64,000 nucleotides of DNA. Source: the human T2T-CHM13v2.0 reference genome, Homo sapiens. A program made the translations under genes and the position numbers. Below the pieces are notes generated by a model. It was given only the letters and a program-made list of their open reading frames with translations. It made no database searches and was not told the DNA's origin. The stretch lies in assembly GCF_009914755.1 (NCBI RefSeq), contig NC_060930.1, one strand, 5' to 3'. Below, piece by piece: positions 50,705-64,000 of the stretch (the first letter of the stretch is position 1; every line of letters starts with the position of its first letter).

Positions 50705-51198
50705 ATCTCTCAAGTCATTCAAGAGCTATTCTAACTCTAGAATGCTGTGTTATATTATACATGTTAAAACGGATCTCAGATTTTTCTAGAGTCTCAAGCT
50801 TGCTGATTACAGTATGTTCTGCTTAGTAAACATAACAAAACATTTGGGAAAAATAAAAGGAAGCATAATAAAACAAAGACATTGAGGTGGAAGCTGTGAA
50901 CAGTAAAGACCGTACCAAAAAAAGAAGATTCACAAAACATGCTTCCTTCCAAACATTAGGCTCATCAGACAGTTGCATGAAAGGAAAGGCCCTGATTTTT
51001 ATGACAAGCAAGTAGAAGCAAACCCACAGAACAATCTATCCATTTGGGTATAAATGGAAAATCTAGTGCCCTCCTGCCTTCTTGTCCTTTCACTTCCATT
51101 TTCAGTTTTCATTTTCACACCCCACAGAAGCTGATGCTGTGCCCTATGCACTGACTCCTATCCCACAACAAAAAGACTTCCCCAACTGAATAGGCATG

Positions 51199-51212
51199 GT
51201 TGCCATGGCAGC
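51199..51212. promoter_or_regulatory. RFX X-box motif
   Basis: GTTGCCATGGCAGC, 13/14 match to the palindromic GTTGCCATGGCAAC; motif only, no functional evidence. Confidence 0.55.
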
Positions 51213-53173
51213 TAGGGGGTCATAAACTCCTGAGCTGTGGGTCCTGGCACAATTCCACGCATTATCTGCATCCTGGTGCAAATCAGTCCCTTTATCTAAT
51301 TAGTAGCCTTACAAATAGCCACCTGCCCCAAAGCTTAACCATTAAAGATGCAATATTGGCTGAATAGCTTGAGACCAGAGGTGAGGATATCAGAAAACTG
51401 AAAGCTGATCTGAGTGAGGCCCTATCTCTCCTGGCTACTGACACCTGTGAGCCCTAGCCCACCCACATACCAGGAGTTCAGAAGGAGACCAAGAACAAAT
51501 CACTTCTGTCTTCTTTTCGTGACTCACCTTGGGTGTCTTCTGATGCACTGGCCTCCCAGAAGCTGGGCCTGCTGACCTCTGTCTAAAGGACCTGGTTCAT
51601 CATTCCTGCTTAGATGCCCAACCCTTCCCTGCCTGAGAACTTCCTCCCTAAGAAGTCCAGCCCTGTCTCTCTCTCTCTAGAACTTCATCAACTGCCCTGG
51701 CCTGTTGTAGTTCACTACCTGATCTGGATCCTTCAGAACTATCTCTTGATTTACTCCAAAGACTGACTCCTCTGTGACTTGATTAAATGCTAAAACTTTC
51801 TCTTGCTAGTGAGACTATATCCCAGATTCAAATTATTTAGATGTTTTTCAGGTTCATCTCTTTTCCTTCCAGTAAAGAATTCTAAAAACAAACACCACAA
51901 TTATTTTTTCAACATTCCCTATATAGAGGCAAATATTCTCCTACATTTATTTTACAGATAATGATTAACTGAAACTTTAAAAAAAAGTGACATCAATGCA
52001 CTCTGAAAGTGTACAATGTGGTGAATCTGCCTTTTGCATCCTGAGCTGAATTCCAAAAATGCTATTAAGTGTAGGCAAAAGGTGAAAGCAGAGAATGGGG
52101 GAAGAGTCCAGCTTCAATTTTACAGTTGATGCTGTGGCGCCACCTTTGAGTGTTTCTATCCATTATGAGATAAAAAAAGAGGACTCTAATGTGATATATC
52201 TACCTTCTGAAATTAAAATATACTAAAAATCTCACCCAATTTTCTCCTTTATGCTGAGTATTTGTTCCATATATACATGAGTACATGTCTCACTATAATT
52301 TTATTGTCATGTAATAACTTTGAAATGTTTCCTTTTTATTGTTATACTATGGTTTATGACAATGAATAGCCAATAGAAACTAATTAAACTAGGAAATAAT
52401 GATCCTTACTATGCTGGCAACAATTCAGTAAAAAAAACTATAGAAAAAAACTTACAGGTAGAAAATCTTTACAAAGTATTTTCATCTATTCTTTTGTTAG
52501 TGCAAGCTATGGTTTTCTTTTGCTTCACTATCAGATTAGTCCCTCTGGTTTGAAATGATATCAAGCAGCAGGGCTTCTTATATTTCCTTAGAGATGCTAT
52601 TCCAGAGGTTAGCAGATCTAGCCAATATGGGCTCCTTGATATTCAGCTATAGCCTCTTTTCTTGACATTTTCATTGTTCTTATTTATTAATTCATATTTT
52701 TAAATAAAATATCTTCAATGCCTATGAAAAGAAGTGTTTTGAATATGTGTAAGCAAAAATGAAGCCAGGTCAACATTCCCTCCCTGCCCACTGTGACTTC
52801 TCAGGCCATTCCAGGAGCAACCAGATTAAATACTTGTGCTCTGAACCAAAGCCCAAAGGCCATTGTTTAGGTTTCTTTTGAGAACAGGAGGAACTACAAT
52901 CTCAAAAACAAGAGCTATCTTTGTGAAAATTTCTACTTTTCTTCTCTAAGCCTCTTAAGTGAGAGTTATTAATCAATCATCACCATATTCAACATAGGTT
53001 GAAATATTTGTGCATTTATCTTCTTGGCCACTCTCTAAGAATTTTTACCTGGGGTTCAATGTAATCTTATTAAACAAAAGTTTTCAGTGCATAAGGAGGT
53101 GATGCCTTTCTGATGTGAAACATCTGATTGCTTTCCAGACTGTAAATTCTAGGAGAGTAGGGACAGTCCATTT

Positions 53174-53464
53174 CTATTTTTTCTTTTCCTTTTTGTTCCC
53201 CCCACAAGCTGGAGTGCAGTTGGGTGACAGAACGAGTCACTGCAGCTTTGACCTCCTAGGCTCAAGCAATCTTCCCACCTTGGCATCCCAGTAGATGGGA
53301 CCACAGGCACACGTCACCATGCTGGGATAATTTTTTTGATTTTCAGTAGAGACATGGTCTTGTTAGGTTGTGCAGGCTGGTCTCGAATTCCAGAGCTCAA
53401 GCAACCCTCCCACCTGGGCCTCCCAATGTGTTGGGATTACAGGTGTGAGCCACCATTCTTGGCC
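53174..53464 (-). mobile_element. AluJ with rearranged 3' end
   Basis: J-type ACTGCAGCTTTGACCTCC and GGCTCAAGCAATCTTCCCACC; TSD GGACAGTYCATTT at 53161-73 and 53467-79. Confidence 0.9.
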
Positions 53465-55037
53465 CAGGACAGTTCATTTATTAATCTCCATTCCATTCTT
53501 GTAAGCAGATGTTTATAACAGGGACAAAGTGTTCAATGACCTCTTCATTGTTTAGGTACTATGAAGAATAGCAAGTTAAAATTCTGTGGCTTTTGAGAAT
53601 TAAAAAATTACCACTTATATTCCCAGTAACCTCTTAATAATATAAACCATATTATCATCAATTAATGGGGAAAACAGTGTTTGGGCTTCATACAATAATG
53701 AAAAAGATATGCTCACTGAACCTGTTACTTTAAAAATTAATGAAAATAAAAATTTCCCCAACAACCATTATACTGAAAGGACACTCAATTTGAAACTTGT
53801 TGAGTTATTCAGAGGCAGTTGTGTAAGCCTAAAATTCATCACTCAGAAACACCTGAGATAATGTAATTTCTCATGTAAGTGGTCTTTGGGATGTAGCTTT
53901 TGACTTAAAGATGAACTTCACAACTTGACAAATTTATTTATTATTATTATTATTAAACAGAATTTTTTTTTCCAGACTGTCTCATCCTCCTCTGCAAATC
54001 CAACAGAAAGGACACAGTAGAGTGGGCAAGAATGCAAAGAAGGTCTGTGGTTTGGAACTGGCCCAAGCCGAACTAAACTTTTCTAAATATACATTAAACT
54101 GTCAACAAAGAGCACCGTGACCCACAGCCTGAATAAAGGGAGAGCCCCAAGGCCCTCTGAAGCCACTAGTTCTGTGAGTTGTTTTAGGGAGAAGACAGAC
54201 AACCAAGAATTATTTACCTTATTAGACTGTGCCCATCCAAGCCCAGGTAAAACTTTTTGATCAGCAGAAAACTGGAATTATTTCCCTTTCTCTATCCTGG
54301 ATTGAGTGTGAATTCCCCAGAGAAACTTGGCTTTGAGAGCACTAGCTGGACATATAGGGGTCCATTTCCAATCTGCTCTGAGAAGGGCCCTGTCTTCATC
54401 CTAAAGGAAGGCTTTAGAAAACTGTTATCTAAGATCTAGGATTGAAGATGGTGAGAACCTGAGGCTGAGCAATTGGCCCCAATTCTTCCTGAAGCATTAT
54501 CTGAGAGAGAGAGCCTAGCCTGTGGTTTTTGACCCCTGGCAGAAGGGTGGAGAGAGGGAAGAAGAAAGAAGGAAGATGAAGACAACTTCCTGCTCAAGAC
54601 CAACCCATCTCCCCTCATTCTGGGGTGACCAATTGAGAAAACAATGATATCTCCCTTACTCTCATCTGTTTCCAAAGGCTTTGCTTCATCTACCAAAAAA
54701 CCGTGTGAGTGAGAACCATCTACCCTCATGTGCTTATTAAGCTCTTAGAGTCATTCTCTGGTGACTATATTGATTCATTTATTTGTACTCTAGGAACATA
54801 AAACAATATGGCATTATTGACACAGAAAACAAAGAATAGACAGATAGCATACAGCTGAACAACTTTAATTACCAGGGTTCCAGTGTCTGTTTAACTAGCT
54901 GTGTAAATATGAGTATTTGAATTAATTTTTCTAGGATCAATTTCCTTACTTCTAAATGAGAAAGACGAGGCCAAAAGTTCTTAACCTTACTTCTGGCTTT
55001 ACAACTGAATGGTTCTCTGTTCCTAATAATGAGTTCC

Positions 55038-55333
55038 TTTTTTTTTTTTTTTTCTGAGACGAAGTCTCGCTCTGTCACCAGGCTGGAGTGCAGTGGCACA
55101 ATCTTGCTCACTGCAACCTCTGCCTCCCGGGTTCAAGCAATTCTCCTGCCTCAGCCTCACGAGTAGCTGGGACTACACGCGCCTGCCACCATACCCAGCT
55201 AATTTTTGTATTTTTAGTAGAGACAGGGTTTCACCATGTTGGCCAGGATGGTCTTGATCTCTTGACCTCGTGATCCGCCGGCCTCGGCCTCCCAAAGTGC
55301 TGAGATTACAGGCGTGAGCCACCGCGCCTGGCC
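55038..55333 (-). mobile_element. AluSc
   Basis: GGCCAGGATGGTCTTGATCTCTTGACCTCGTGATCC diagnostic; TSD CTAATAATGAGTTC at 55023-36 and 55334-47. Confidence 0.95.
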
Positions 55334-56207
55334 CTAATAATGAGTTCTTATGAATGGTATATGTAAGCCAAATAGAAAGCATGCTAATAGCTAAGAAGGA
55401 ATCGTGAAGGATAATGAGAATTTGCTGCCTTTTCTAGTCATTCTAGAGGAATTTATAAATAAATAAAATGGTTTGATATGTAAGAATATCTGCTGAGCCA
55501 AACAGTGCACACTTCTTAGACATAAGTTGTAGCCAAGGCAATAAAGCTTAAGGATGGAATAGAAGCATTAAGGAAAATTTTCCTAGAAAGGAAAAAAATG
55601 GAGGCAGAAAGGGTGGGAAAGGCAGACAGAAGTCAACTCATAGGAAGCAGAGAGATAAAGAGCTTTGAAATATAATGTGAGGACCTAGACATATTTGAGA
55701 AGAGAGGTACTGGTCAAAACAAAGGACAGAGATGGCAGAAGCCCACAGGAAACTTATGGCCAATGGTAGCAGTCAGTGAGGATGAGTAGGGTAGTAATAA
55801 TATATTGTAACTAATTACTGCCATTTATTGATCACTTACTAAGTATTAAAATTATTTGTTAGGAAATTTATAAATACCTTGTCTCCTTTCTAGAACTCTC
55901 TCCAAAGGATATGGTCATATTCATCATATAGATAAGTAAACTAAGGCTCAGGAAAAATGACTTCCTCAAGGGCAAACCCAGGTCTGTCTGTGCTATTTTT
56001 ACTATACCGTTGCTATTTGTCCATGAACAGGAAAAACCCTCAACTAGGGCCTTGAGCAATCAAGAATTATTGGAAGGAAAAATCGTTACAGGTAACCACT
56101 GATAAATCAGATGGAACAATCACTTTTTGAGCAAAGGGATTGTGTCCTCTTTATCTGCGTGTTCCCTGCATTTAGCCCAGGGTCTAGCAACTTGTGATAG
56201 ACAAAGA

Positions 56208-56622
56208 TGTGTTAGATCCCCCTTCAAAAAAGGACTTGCTGCTCAGCTGCTGGGGTGCAGTCAGCCTCCAGCCTCCAATCAGCTCTGTAAGAGCTGGCCT
56301 CAGCTGTAAATAAAAACTGCTTCATTTCAGGTCATGCTGGTATCCAATAACTGAGAAAGGAGTTGGGGGTAGGGGCAAAGAGGGGAGAGTGAAGGGGACA
56401 AAGGCCTGAAGCTAATCAGGGACCCCTCTGATGGCCAATTCTGACTCCAGAGCTCCCTATCAAGTGGGCCAAGTTCTTCTCAGCCCTACTCTGGATAGTG
56501 ACTTCTCCCTTGGCCCAATTCTGTCTCTACCCACTTCTTTTCACAGGTGTTGATCCCTAATGAATATCCGGCACCCCGCATTCCATCTCGGTGACTGCTT
56601 CCAGAAAACACAAGCTGTGACA
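56208..56622 (+). mobile_element. ERVL LTR16-type solo LTR
   Basis: AGATCCCCCTTCA...CAGCTGCTGGG...CACAGGTGTTGATCCC...CCATCTCGG..TGCTTCCAGA...TGACA. Confidence 0.7.
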
Positions 56623-56934
56623 TGCCCATTATGTACTCAATAAATCTTTAATAATTGAGTGGATAGAGTGATGTGAGTTGAGAAGCATTATTAAAGATTA
56701 TTTTCCCAAAAATAAACAAAAAAAATGTGCCCATTGGCTGGTGACTAGAATTCTACAATTAGAGGTTTATTCCTTTGTCTTAATGCTTCTGCTTTTGTAA
56801 ATACCCCCGTAATAAACGCATGTTAAGTTTATTAGACACCTATTCCCCAGTGTAAACAAAGTCCTGGAAGCACATTCTAACAGGAAGAGAGAGGGAAAAA
56901 AGTATGAGAGCACCAATGGACAAACATCAGGAGC

Positions 56935-57115
56935 AAGTTACCTGGATTCAGTCCTGGTTCCACCACTTGCTAGATCTGTGTCATTAGACCAATCAATTGA
57001 CCTCTCTGTGCCTCCGTTTTTGTTCCTGTAAAATGGGAACAATAACTGTAACTACTTCCAAGTATTGTTATGAAAATTGAATGAGTTAAAATATAAAAAT
57101 GTTAGAGACTAGGGA
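56935..57115 (+). mobile_element. MIR SINE relic
   Basis: CCTGGATTCAGTCCTGGTTCCACCACTTGCTAG...CTCTCTGTGCCTCCGTTTT...CTGTAAAATGGG. Confidence 0.8.
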
Positions 57116-57411
57116 ATATGAGACTAGTCAATGAATGTCTAGTGGAGACAAGAAAAAGTGAACAAAATTATACAAGTGCTATTAATAATACAGTCAGATT
57201 TATATATTTTTTCCATCACACTGACCTCCAATCCAGGCTGGGAAATGGGTTTTTTAAATCTCTTGCGTGTTTTCCATCACTTGAACTACCATATTGTTTT
57301 ACAATTATTTGTCTTGTGTCTACTGCCACCCTTACCTCACCACTGTGAGATCCTTAGAGGTAAAATATTCTATCTTATTCATCCTTATATCCCCTTCCAT
57401 TCATCCATTTA

Positions 57412-57817
57412 TTCTTTTTTTCTAACTTTTAAGTTCATAGGTACATGTACAGGTTTGTTACATAGATAAACTTGTGTCACGTGGATTTGTTGTACAGATT
57501 ATTTCATCACCTAGGTATTAACTCTAGTACCCATTAGTTATTTTTCCTGATCCTCTCCCTCCTCCCACTCACTACCCTCCAGTAGGCCCCAGTGTGCGTC
57601 ATTCCCCTCTATGTGTCCATGTGTTCTCATCACTTAGCTCCCACTTGTAAGTGAAAATATGTGGTGTTTGGTTTTCTGTTCCTGTGTTAGTTCGGTAAGG
57701 ATAATGACCTCCAGCTCCATCCATGTCCCTGCAAAGGACATGATATCATTCTTTTTTATGGCTGCATGGTATTCCATGGTGTATATGCACCACATTTTCT
57801 TTATTCAGTCTATCATT
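57412..57817 (-). mobile_element. L1PA13-16-like 3' end, 5'-truncated
   Basis: AACTTTTAAGTTCATAGGTACATG...GATTATTTCATCACC...CCATGTCCCTGCAAAGGACATGAT...CATTTTCTTTATTCAGTCTATCATT. Confidence 0.9.
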
Positions 57818-58595
57818 AATTCATATGTTCATTCATTAAATAAATATTAAGTGCACATCGTGGACTAGACCCTCCTCTGGCATTGGAATAACACAGTAAA
57901 CAAAGTTCCTGCTCTCTTGGAGCTTATATGTGGAGCATTTTTATGGACAATAATAAAATACATAAATATTCATGAGATTATCCAGTGAAAAGTACTGTAG
58001 AAAATTATTCCTGTGCAAGGCTCAGAGTAGATTTTCAATAAATTTTGGTTAAATTAATGCATTTGTCCAAAAGAAAAGAGAAATAAGAGCCAAAATGCTA
58101 ATAAAAGACATTTGTGTTGTTCCCTCTGCTCGATGCAGAATGAAAGAGCTCTGCAGGAAACAGCAGGCTGGGATGGGGGGATTTTTTTTTACCTTTTACA
58201 GCTCAGCCATTCAGAAGTTGAGTAAAGTGAAGCCAAGTTAGCCAAACACAGAGGGGCAAAACATGGGATCATTTCAAGGTAAACATTTCCTTATATGTAC
58301 TACTATAGTGCTGCTTGCACAAAAATTTTTACTCTCTTTTTTTTCACGCCTGTGATAATAGAAAGATTCCATCACAGCAGCATAAAAGCTCAAACTTTCC
58401 AGTGAATCTTTTGACTAATTATTATTGTTGCAATACAGGCAAACATGGCATACCCATTCCAGTCACCATAGTGCCGCTCTCATTCTCACTCTTCAGGTCT
58501 TTTATAGTATTGAGGATTTCTTTAAGAAAATTAAATTGGCACATCCACTCTCACATGCAACAATTCACAAATTCAGCCTATCCTTAGTCACCTGA

Positions 58596-59005
<410 letters not shown>

Positions 59006-60787
59006 TTAAAAAATTTTTTCCTTTAATGTCTCTCCCCTGAGAATGGCCTTAAAATTTAAACATAGTTTCCAAAATACAGTGTATTTGTTTCTATTCAGAA
59101 AATTGTATAGGTTTTAAATTAGAGTGTCTTATCCAAAGCACATGAGATTGGAAGAAGGCAAAAACACTCTAAAGACCTTGTGCATACCCATAGCTGCTCT
59201 GTTCTCACTGTTGGAGCAATAGAAGGTGATGCTTTTGTTATCTTATTTATCCTCAAAATCCTGTCCGACTCTCTATATCCATCCTTATCATGACCACACC
59301 ATCACCCCTATGTCATTCCCTATCCATCCAATATCTCCTTCCATAAATGCACATCTTTGCTCCCTCTTCCATGATACCAGGTGTTGAAAGGGGAAAAAAA
59401 GTTATTTATTTCCTAATTCTATACTCTGTTATTTAAAATCCCTCCCCTTTTACCCTTCTTCTCACCCACTCACCACATCTCCAACTCACCTTTGACCACC
59501 ACACTTCCCTTGCCATTTCATTACTAACTTGGCCCAAGTCAGAGGAATGATTCATGGAATCATAAAACTCAGAGTAGAAGAGACCTTAAAGGTCAGCTAA
59601 TTCAATCACCCAACTAAGTGGAAAATCCAGCTCTTATATTTATTCTTTCTTCCTTGACTTCCCAAATTCAATTGCAAACATTAGACCAGTGTCTATAGTT
59701 GTTAGGAAACTTTCTGAGTTGGATATTTTTTTAACCAAGGTAAATTCCCCTCTCTCTGAGATGGCTTAGCTAGAGAGAGTCCTGTGAATGGTAAACAATG
59801 AATTACAGATAAGGAAATTTCCAAGTAGAGAATCAATGATTTTGAAACCTACAATTCCCTGAACATAGAGTTGGTCACTCTAAAATAATGTTCAAAGGTG
59901 AGCATATTTATTTCATAAATATTCAATTTATTCCATGGGATAACTAAGTATTATTCTATTAAACAGCATTGTCATAATAGAAAGCACACAGGTAGACCCA
60001 AAAGATAGTTTATAATAAAAGTGCCCCTCAAGGGTCCAGAAAAAATACAGACTTTTAAATAATGGTGCTGAGACAACTGGCTAGCCATTTAGAAAATGAT
60101 TAGATCTTTACCTGATATCATAAGAATAAATTTCAAATAAATTAAATATCTAAATGTTAAAAAAATGAAATTCTGAAAGTACCAGAAGAAAACATGAAGG
60201 GATTTCTTTTTAACATGAGTGTAGGCAAAAGCTTTCTAATGTCTCAAAATCCAGATGCAATTTAAAAAACATTGATAAGTATGACTATCTAATTTTTAAA
60301 TAGCATGACAAAAAAACATAAAAAAGCAAAATCAAAAGACAATCAAAGAACTAGAAGAAAATATCTGCAACATATATCATTCATACATATATAAAACCAA
60401 AGGCAAAAAGGTTTAATAAGATAAATAGGATAAATGTTAGTTAAAATCACAATGAGATAATATTTCTCATCTATCATATAGTAATTATAGGTGAGGTGCT
60501 CTCATACATTGTTGGTGGGTATGCACAAAACTCTTTATGGACAGGGATTTGCAATGTCTAACAAAATGGCATATGTCTACCTTTTGACCCAGCAATCCTA
60601 CTTCTAGGAATTTACCTTGAAAATATACCTCCAACAACACAAAAATATGTCTGCACAATATTATTCAAATTATTTATTGCAGTATTGGTTATAATGGTAA
60701 AATATTGGGAACAACCTACATGCCCATTTATAGGAGAGTAGTGACATAAACTATGGTATATCCACACAACGGAGTACTACACAATTA

Positions 60788-61123
<336 letters not shown>

Positions 61124-61397
61124 TTATGAACTAATATGGAATGACTTCCAGAATATATTGTTAGTTGAAAGAAGTAAAGCATATCTATAGTAAGCTATTT
61201 TTATGTAAGAAAAAGAGGAATTTAGAAAATACACATATGCCTAAAGGCAGATACAGCAAAAACTAAGTAAAAAGAATAATAGGAAAGGTGGAAAATGACA
61301 CCCCTTTTTATATAATCCTGACTTGTAAACCGTTTAATGTTTCACACGCTGAAGAAGGTAAAGATGGGGGAGAGACCTCAAAAAGGGAACATAAACA

Positions 61398-61790
<393 letters not shown>

Positions 61791-62250
61791 CTAAAGACAA
61801 AAAGAATTGATAACAATTACAGAAAAAAAAAGAAAAAAAAAAAAAACAATTACAGAAGTCCAATCAGTGGGTTTTTTCTCACAGGCATATGAGTTATCAA
61901 TTTTGAAACTACATTCTGTATATGCCAGGATTAGGCAAATAAGTAAATATATTACAATCAATGGGAGTCAGCTTTCTCACTGTCAAAAGTGTTACAAATA
62001 TGAACAGGAGGAAGGCTTTGATCTCTGTGGCTTTGACTAGAAATTGGAGGTATTAGTACGAACTTAAGATTATACATTTTGTTTCTGTGTGTGTGTGTGT
62101 GTTGTGTAATTCCATTTCCCAGCTCTGTCTGCTGAGAAGGCCTAGAAGAAAAGACACTCATACTCCCCTTAAAATATATCCAGGGCAGGGAAAGTACAAC
62201 TTGAGTCTGGAATATCTTTTTGTGCCGGAAAGTAAGAAAGTGCTCAAAGA

Positions 62251-62362
62251 CACCAACATGGCACATGTATACATATGTAACAAACCTGCACATTGTGCAC
62301 ATGTACCCTAGAACTTAAAGTATAATAGTAAAAAAAAGAAAAAGAAATAATAAGCCAAAAAA
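62251..62362 (+). mobile_element. Very short L1PA4-6 3' end
   Basis: CACCAACATGGCACATGTATACATATGTAACAAACCTGCAC...CCCTAGAACTTAAAGTATAATA; TSD AAGAAAGTGYTCAAAGA at 62234-50 and 62363-79. Confidence 0.93.
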
Positions 62363-64000
62363 AAGAAAGTGTTCAAAGAATTGTGGGTACATAAGAAAAA
62401 GCCAAAAAGCCATGTTAAAGGGCTTCCCATTAGTCAAATCTTGGAAATTTGAGTATCAAAATAATAATGACAGTAACTGATTATAACTCATTGAATAAAA
62501 TAAGAATCCGTAAGTTCATAATGAGCTACCTACACACACATACATACATACATGCCTATAAAAGAAGAGAAAGCTCCTTCTTACAGTACAAAGCAAATTA
62601 ATAAATATGAAAAGAATGATGAACTTGTAAAGTCATCATTTAGCAACGATGGTTGTAATAATTGATTCAGACAAGAATCATTCATGGATGCTAAACTAGA
62701 ATGTGTAAATTTGATGAGCAACAGGATATCTACATAGTCTCAAAGTTTCTCTCTCAAATATGTATTAATTGCAATGGAAAAAAAATAGTAGTAACTATTT
62801 AGTGGAGAAATCTGGCAGAAACCACCTTAACCAAATGATTAAACGTCATCAGTAATGGTACCTTTCAATATCGTGTACCTTCTAAGACAAGGCACTGAGA
62901 AGGGCACAGCATTACTTCTGTGGAATTCCTGCCAAAATGTGTAACCTGAATCTAATTACGAGGAAACATCAGACAAATTCAAATTGAGGAACACTCTACA
63001 ATATAGCTGGCTGTACACTTCCAAAACGTCAGTACCATAAAACACAAGGAAAGATTGAGGAATTATTCCAGGTTAAAGGAGACCAAACTTAATGCAATGT
63101 GTAATCCGTTGTTGTTGTCATTTGTGTTTGTTGTTTATAAAAGGGAATTATTGGAACAAGTTGAAAAATCTGTGTAACAGTCATGTATTAATGTTAATTT
63201 TCTGATTTAATATTACACTTGGTTATATAAAAGAAGGTTCTTGATTTTAGGATATAGACCTGAAATATTTACAGGTAAGTGGCATCATGTCAGCAACTTT
63301 TAATTTTCATCTTTTTGAGAACGTACAGGTCTGAAATTATGTGAGCATAAAAATTTTAAAGAAAGAAACTATATTATCTTCATGTGGTTGATTTCCTTCA
63401 CTATGTATTTGGCAGTTATCACGTGCTCTCCACTCTATTTCCTTTTGTGTTTCATTCTTCATTTCTTTCATTCTTGTGTCTCCCACCCGCTCATTCTGGT
63501 AACAAAATTGAGAGTTTGGGTAGCATGGGCAGCTTTTGATTCTCCTCACTCAGATGTAAAAAGCAGACATATTTCCATTTTTGTTCAACATTTCCCAAGC
63601 CCATCTTCATATACAGTAGCAGTTTTTATAGGTACATACGCTGCTTTCATTATATCATCCACCAAAGGTGGCTGCAAGAATATAATGGGGGACCTTTGGG
63701 TCAATTCCAGCCCTTTCAATGAATCTATATAAAGCAAACTGGCCATTCCAAAGCAGAAACACTTACAGACCTGTATAATTGGTTCAAAGAAGACAAGAGG
63801 AGACCAAAATAGGTACATTTGTACCTTTTTAAAGTATCTACATTCTTGAAGATGAGCTTGTGTCTACTATATTTAAGTTGTTAAGCAAATGTGTGATTCA
63901 TGTATTCATTCAGAAGGCCTTATGGAAAAACTAGTCCTTGCCAAATTTTATGAATAAGTGCTGTAGATCTCAAAGCTAAGTAAGGAAATGTTCTTCTTCT

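Noticed and set aside
52125-52155. CTCF-like AGGTGGCGC on the minus strand
   Set aside because: Only the 3' half matches; the CCASY half is mostly mismatched.
63382-63818. Overlapping 116-aa (+) and 77-aa (-) ORFs in non-repeat DNA
   Set aside because: No recognisable protein motif and no convincing splice-site pair; lengths are compatible with chance.

Overview
Primate (hominoid, most likely human) genomic DNA. It is AT-rich and repeat-dense, with no CpG island and no host protein-coding exon I can support. Every ORF-track hit I could assign is a translated repeat (Alu, L1, Hsmar1, HERV-H). Main landmarks: (1) a nested L1 complex at ~21.8-35.2 kb, where a + strand L1MB is interrupted by a full-length minus-strand L1PB that carries a full-length Hsmar1 mariner and an apparent 3' transduction, by a twin-primed L1MA and by an AluY; (2) a two-LTR HERV-H provirus (38363-44280, minus strand) with a GTTAA target duplication, tRNA-His PBS, LTRs ~1% diverged, intact splice signals and an open pre-gag frame; (3) about a dozen Alu/FLAM copies, MaLR/ERVL solo LTRs, and MIR/L2/CR1 relics. 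I found no convincing previously undescribed biological system. The best leads are the HERV-H as a candidate pluripotency promoter/enhancer, the L1PB transduction, an Alu-L1 chimera inside one TSD, several fold-back/template-switch footprints and a near-perfect RFX X-box in non-repeat sequence. Subfamily calls are from remembered consensus motifs, not a search, and boundaries of old repeats are approximate.
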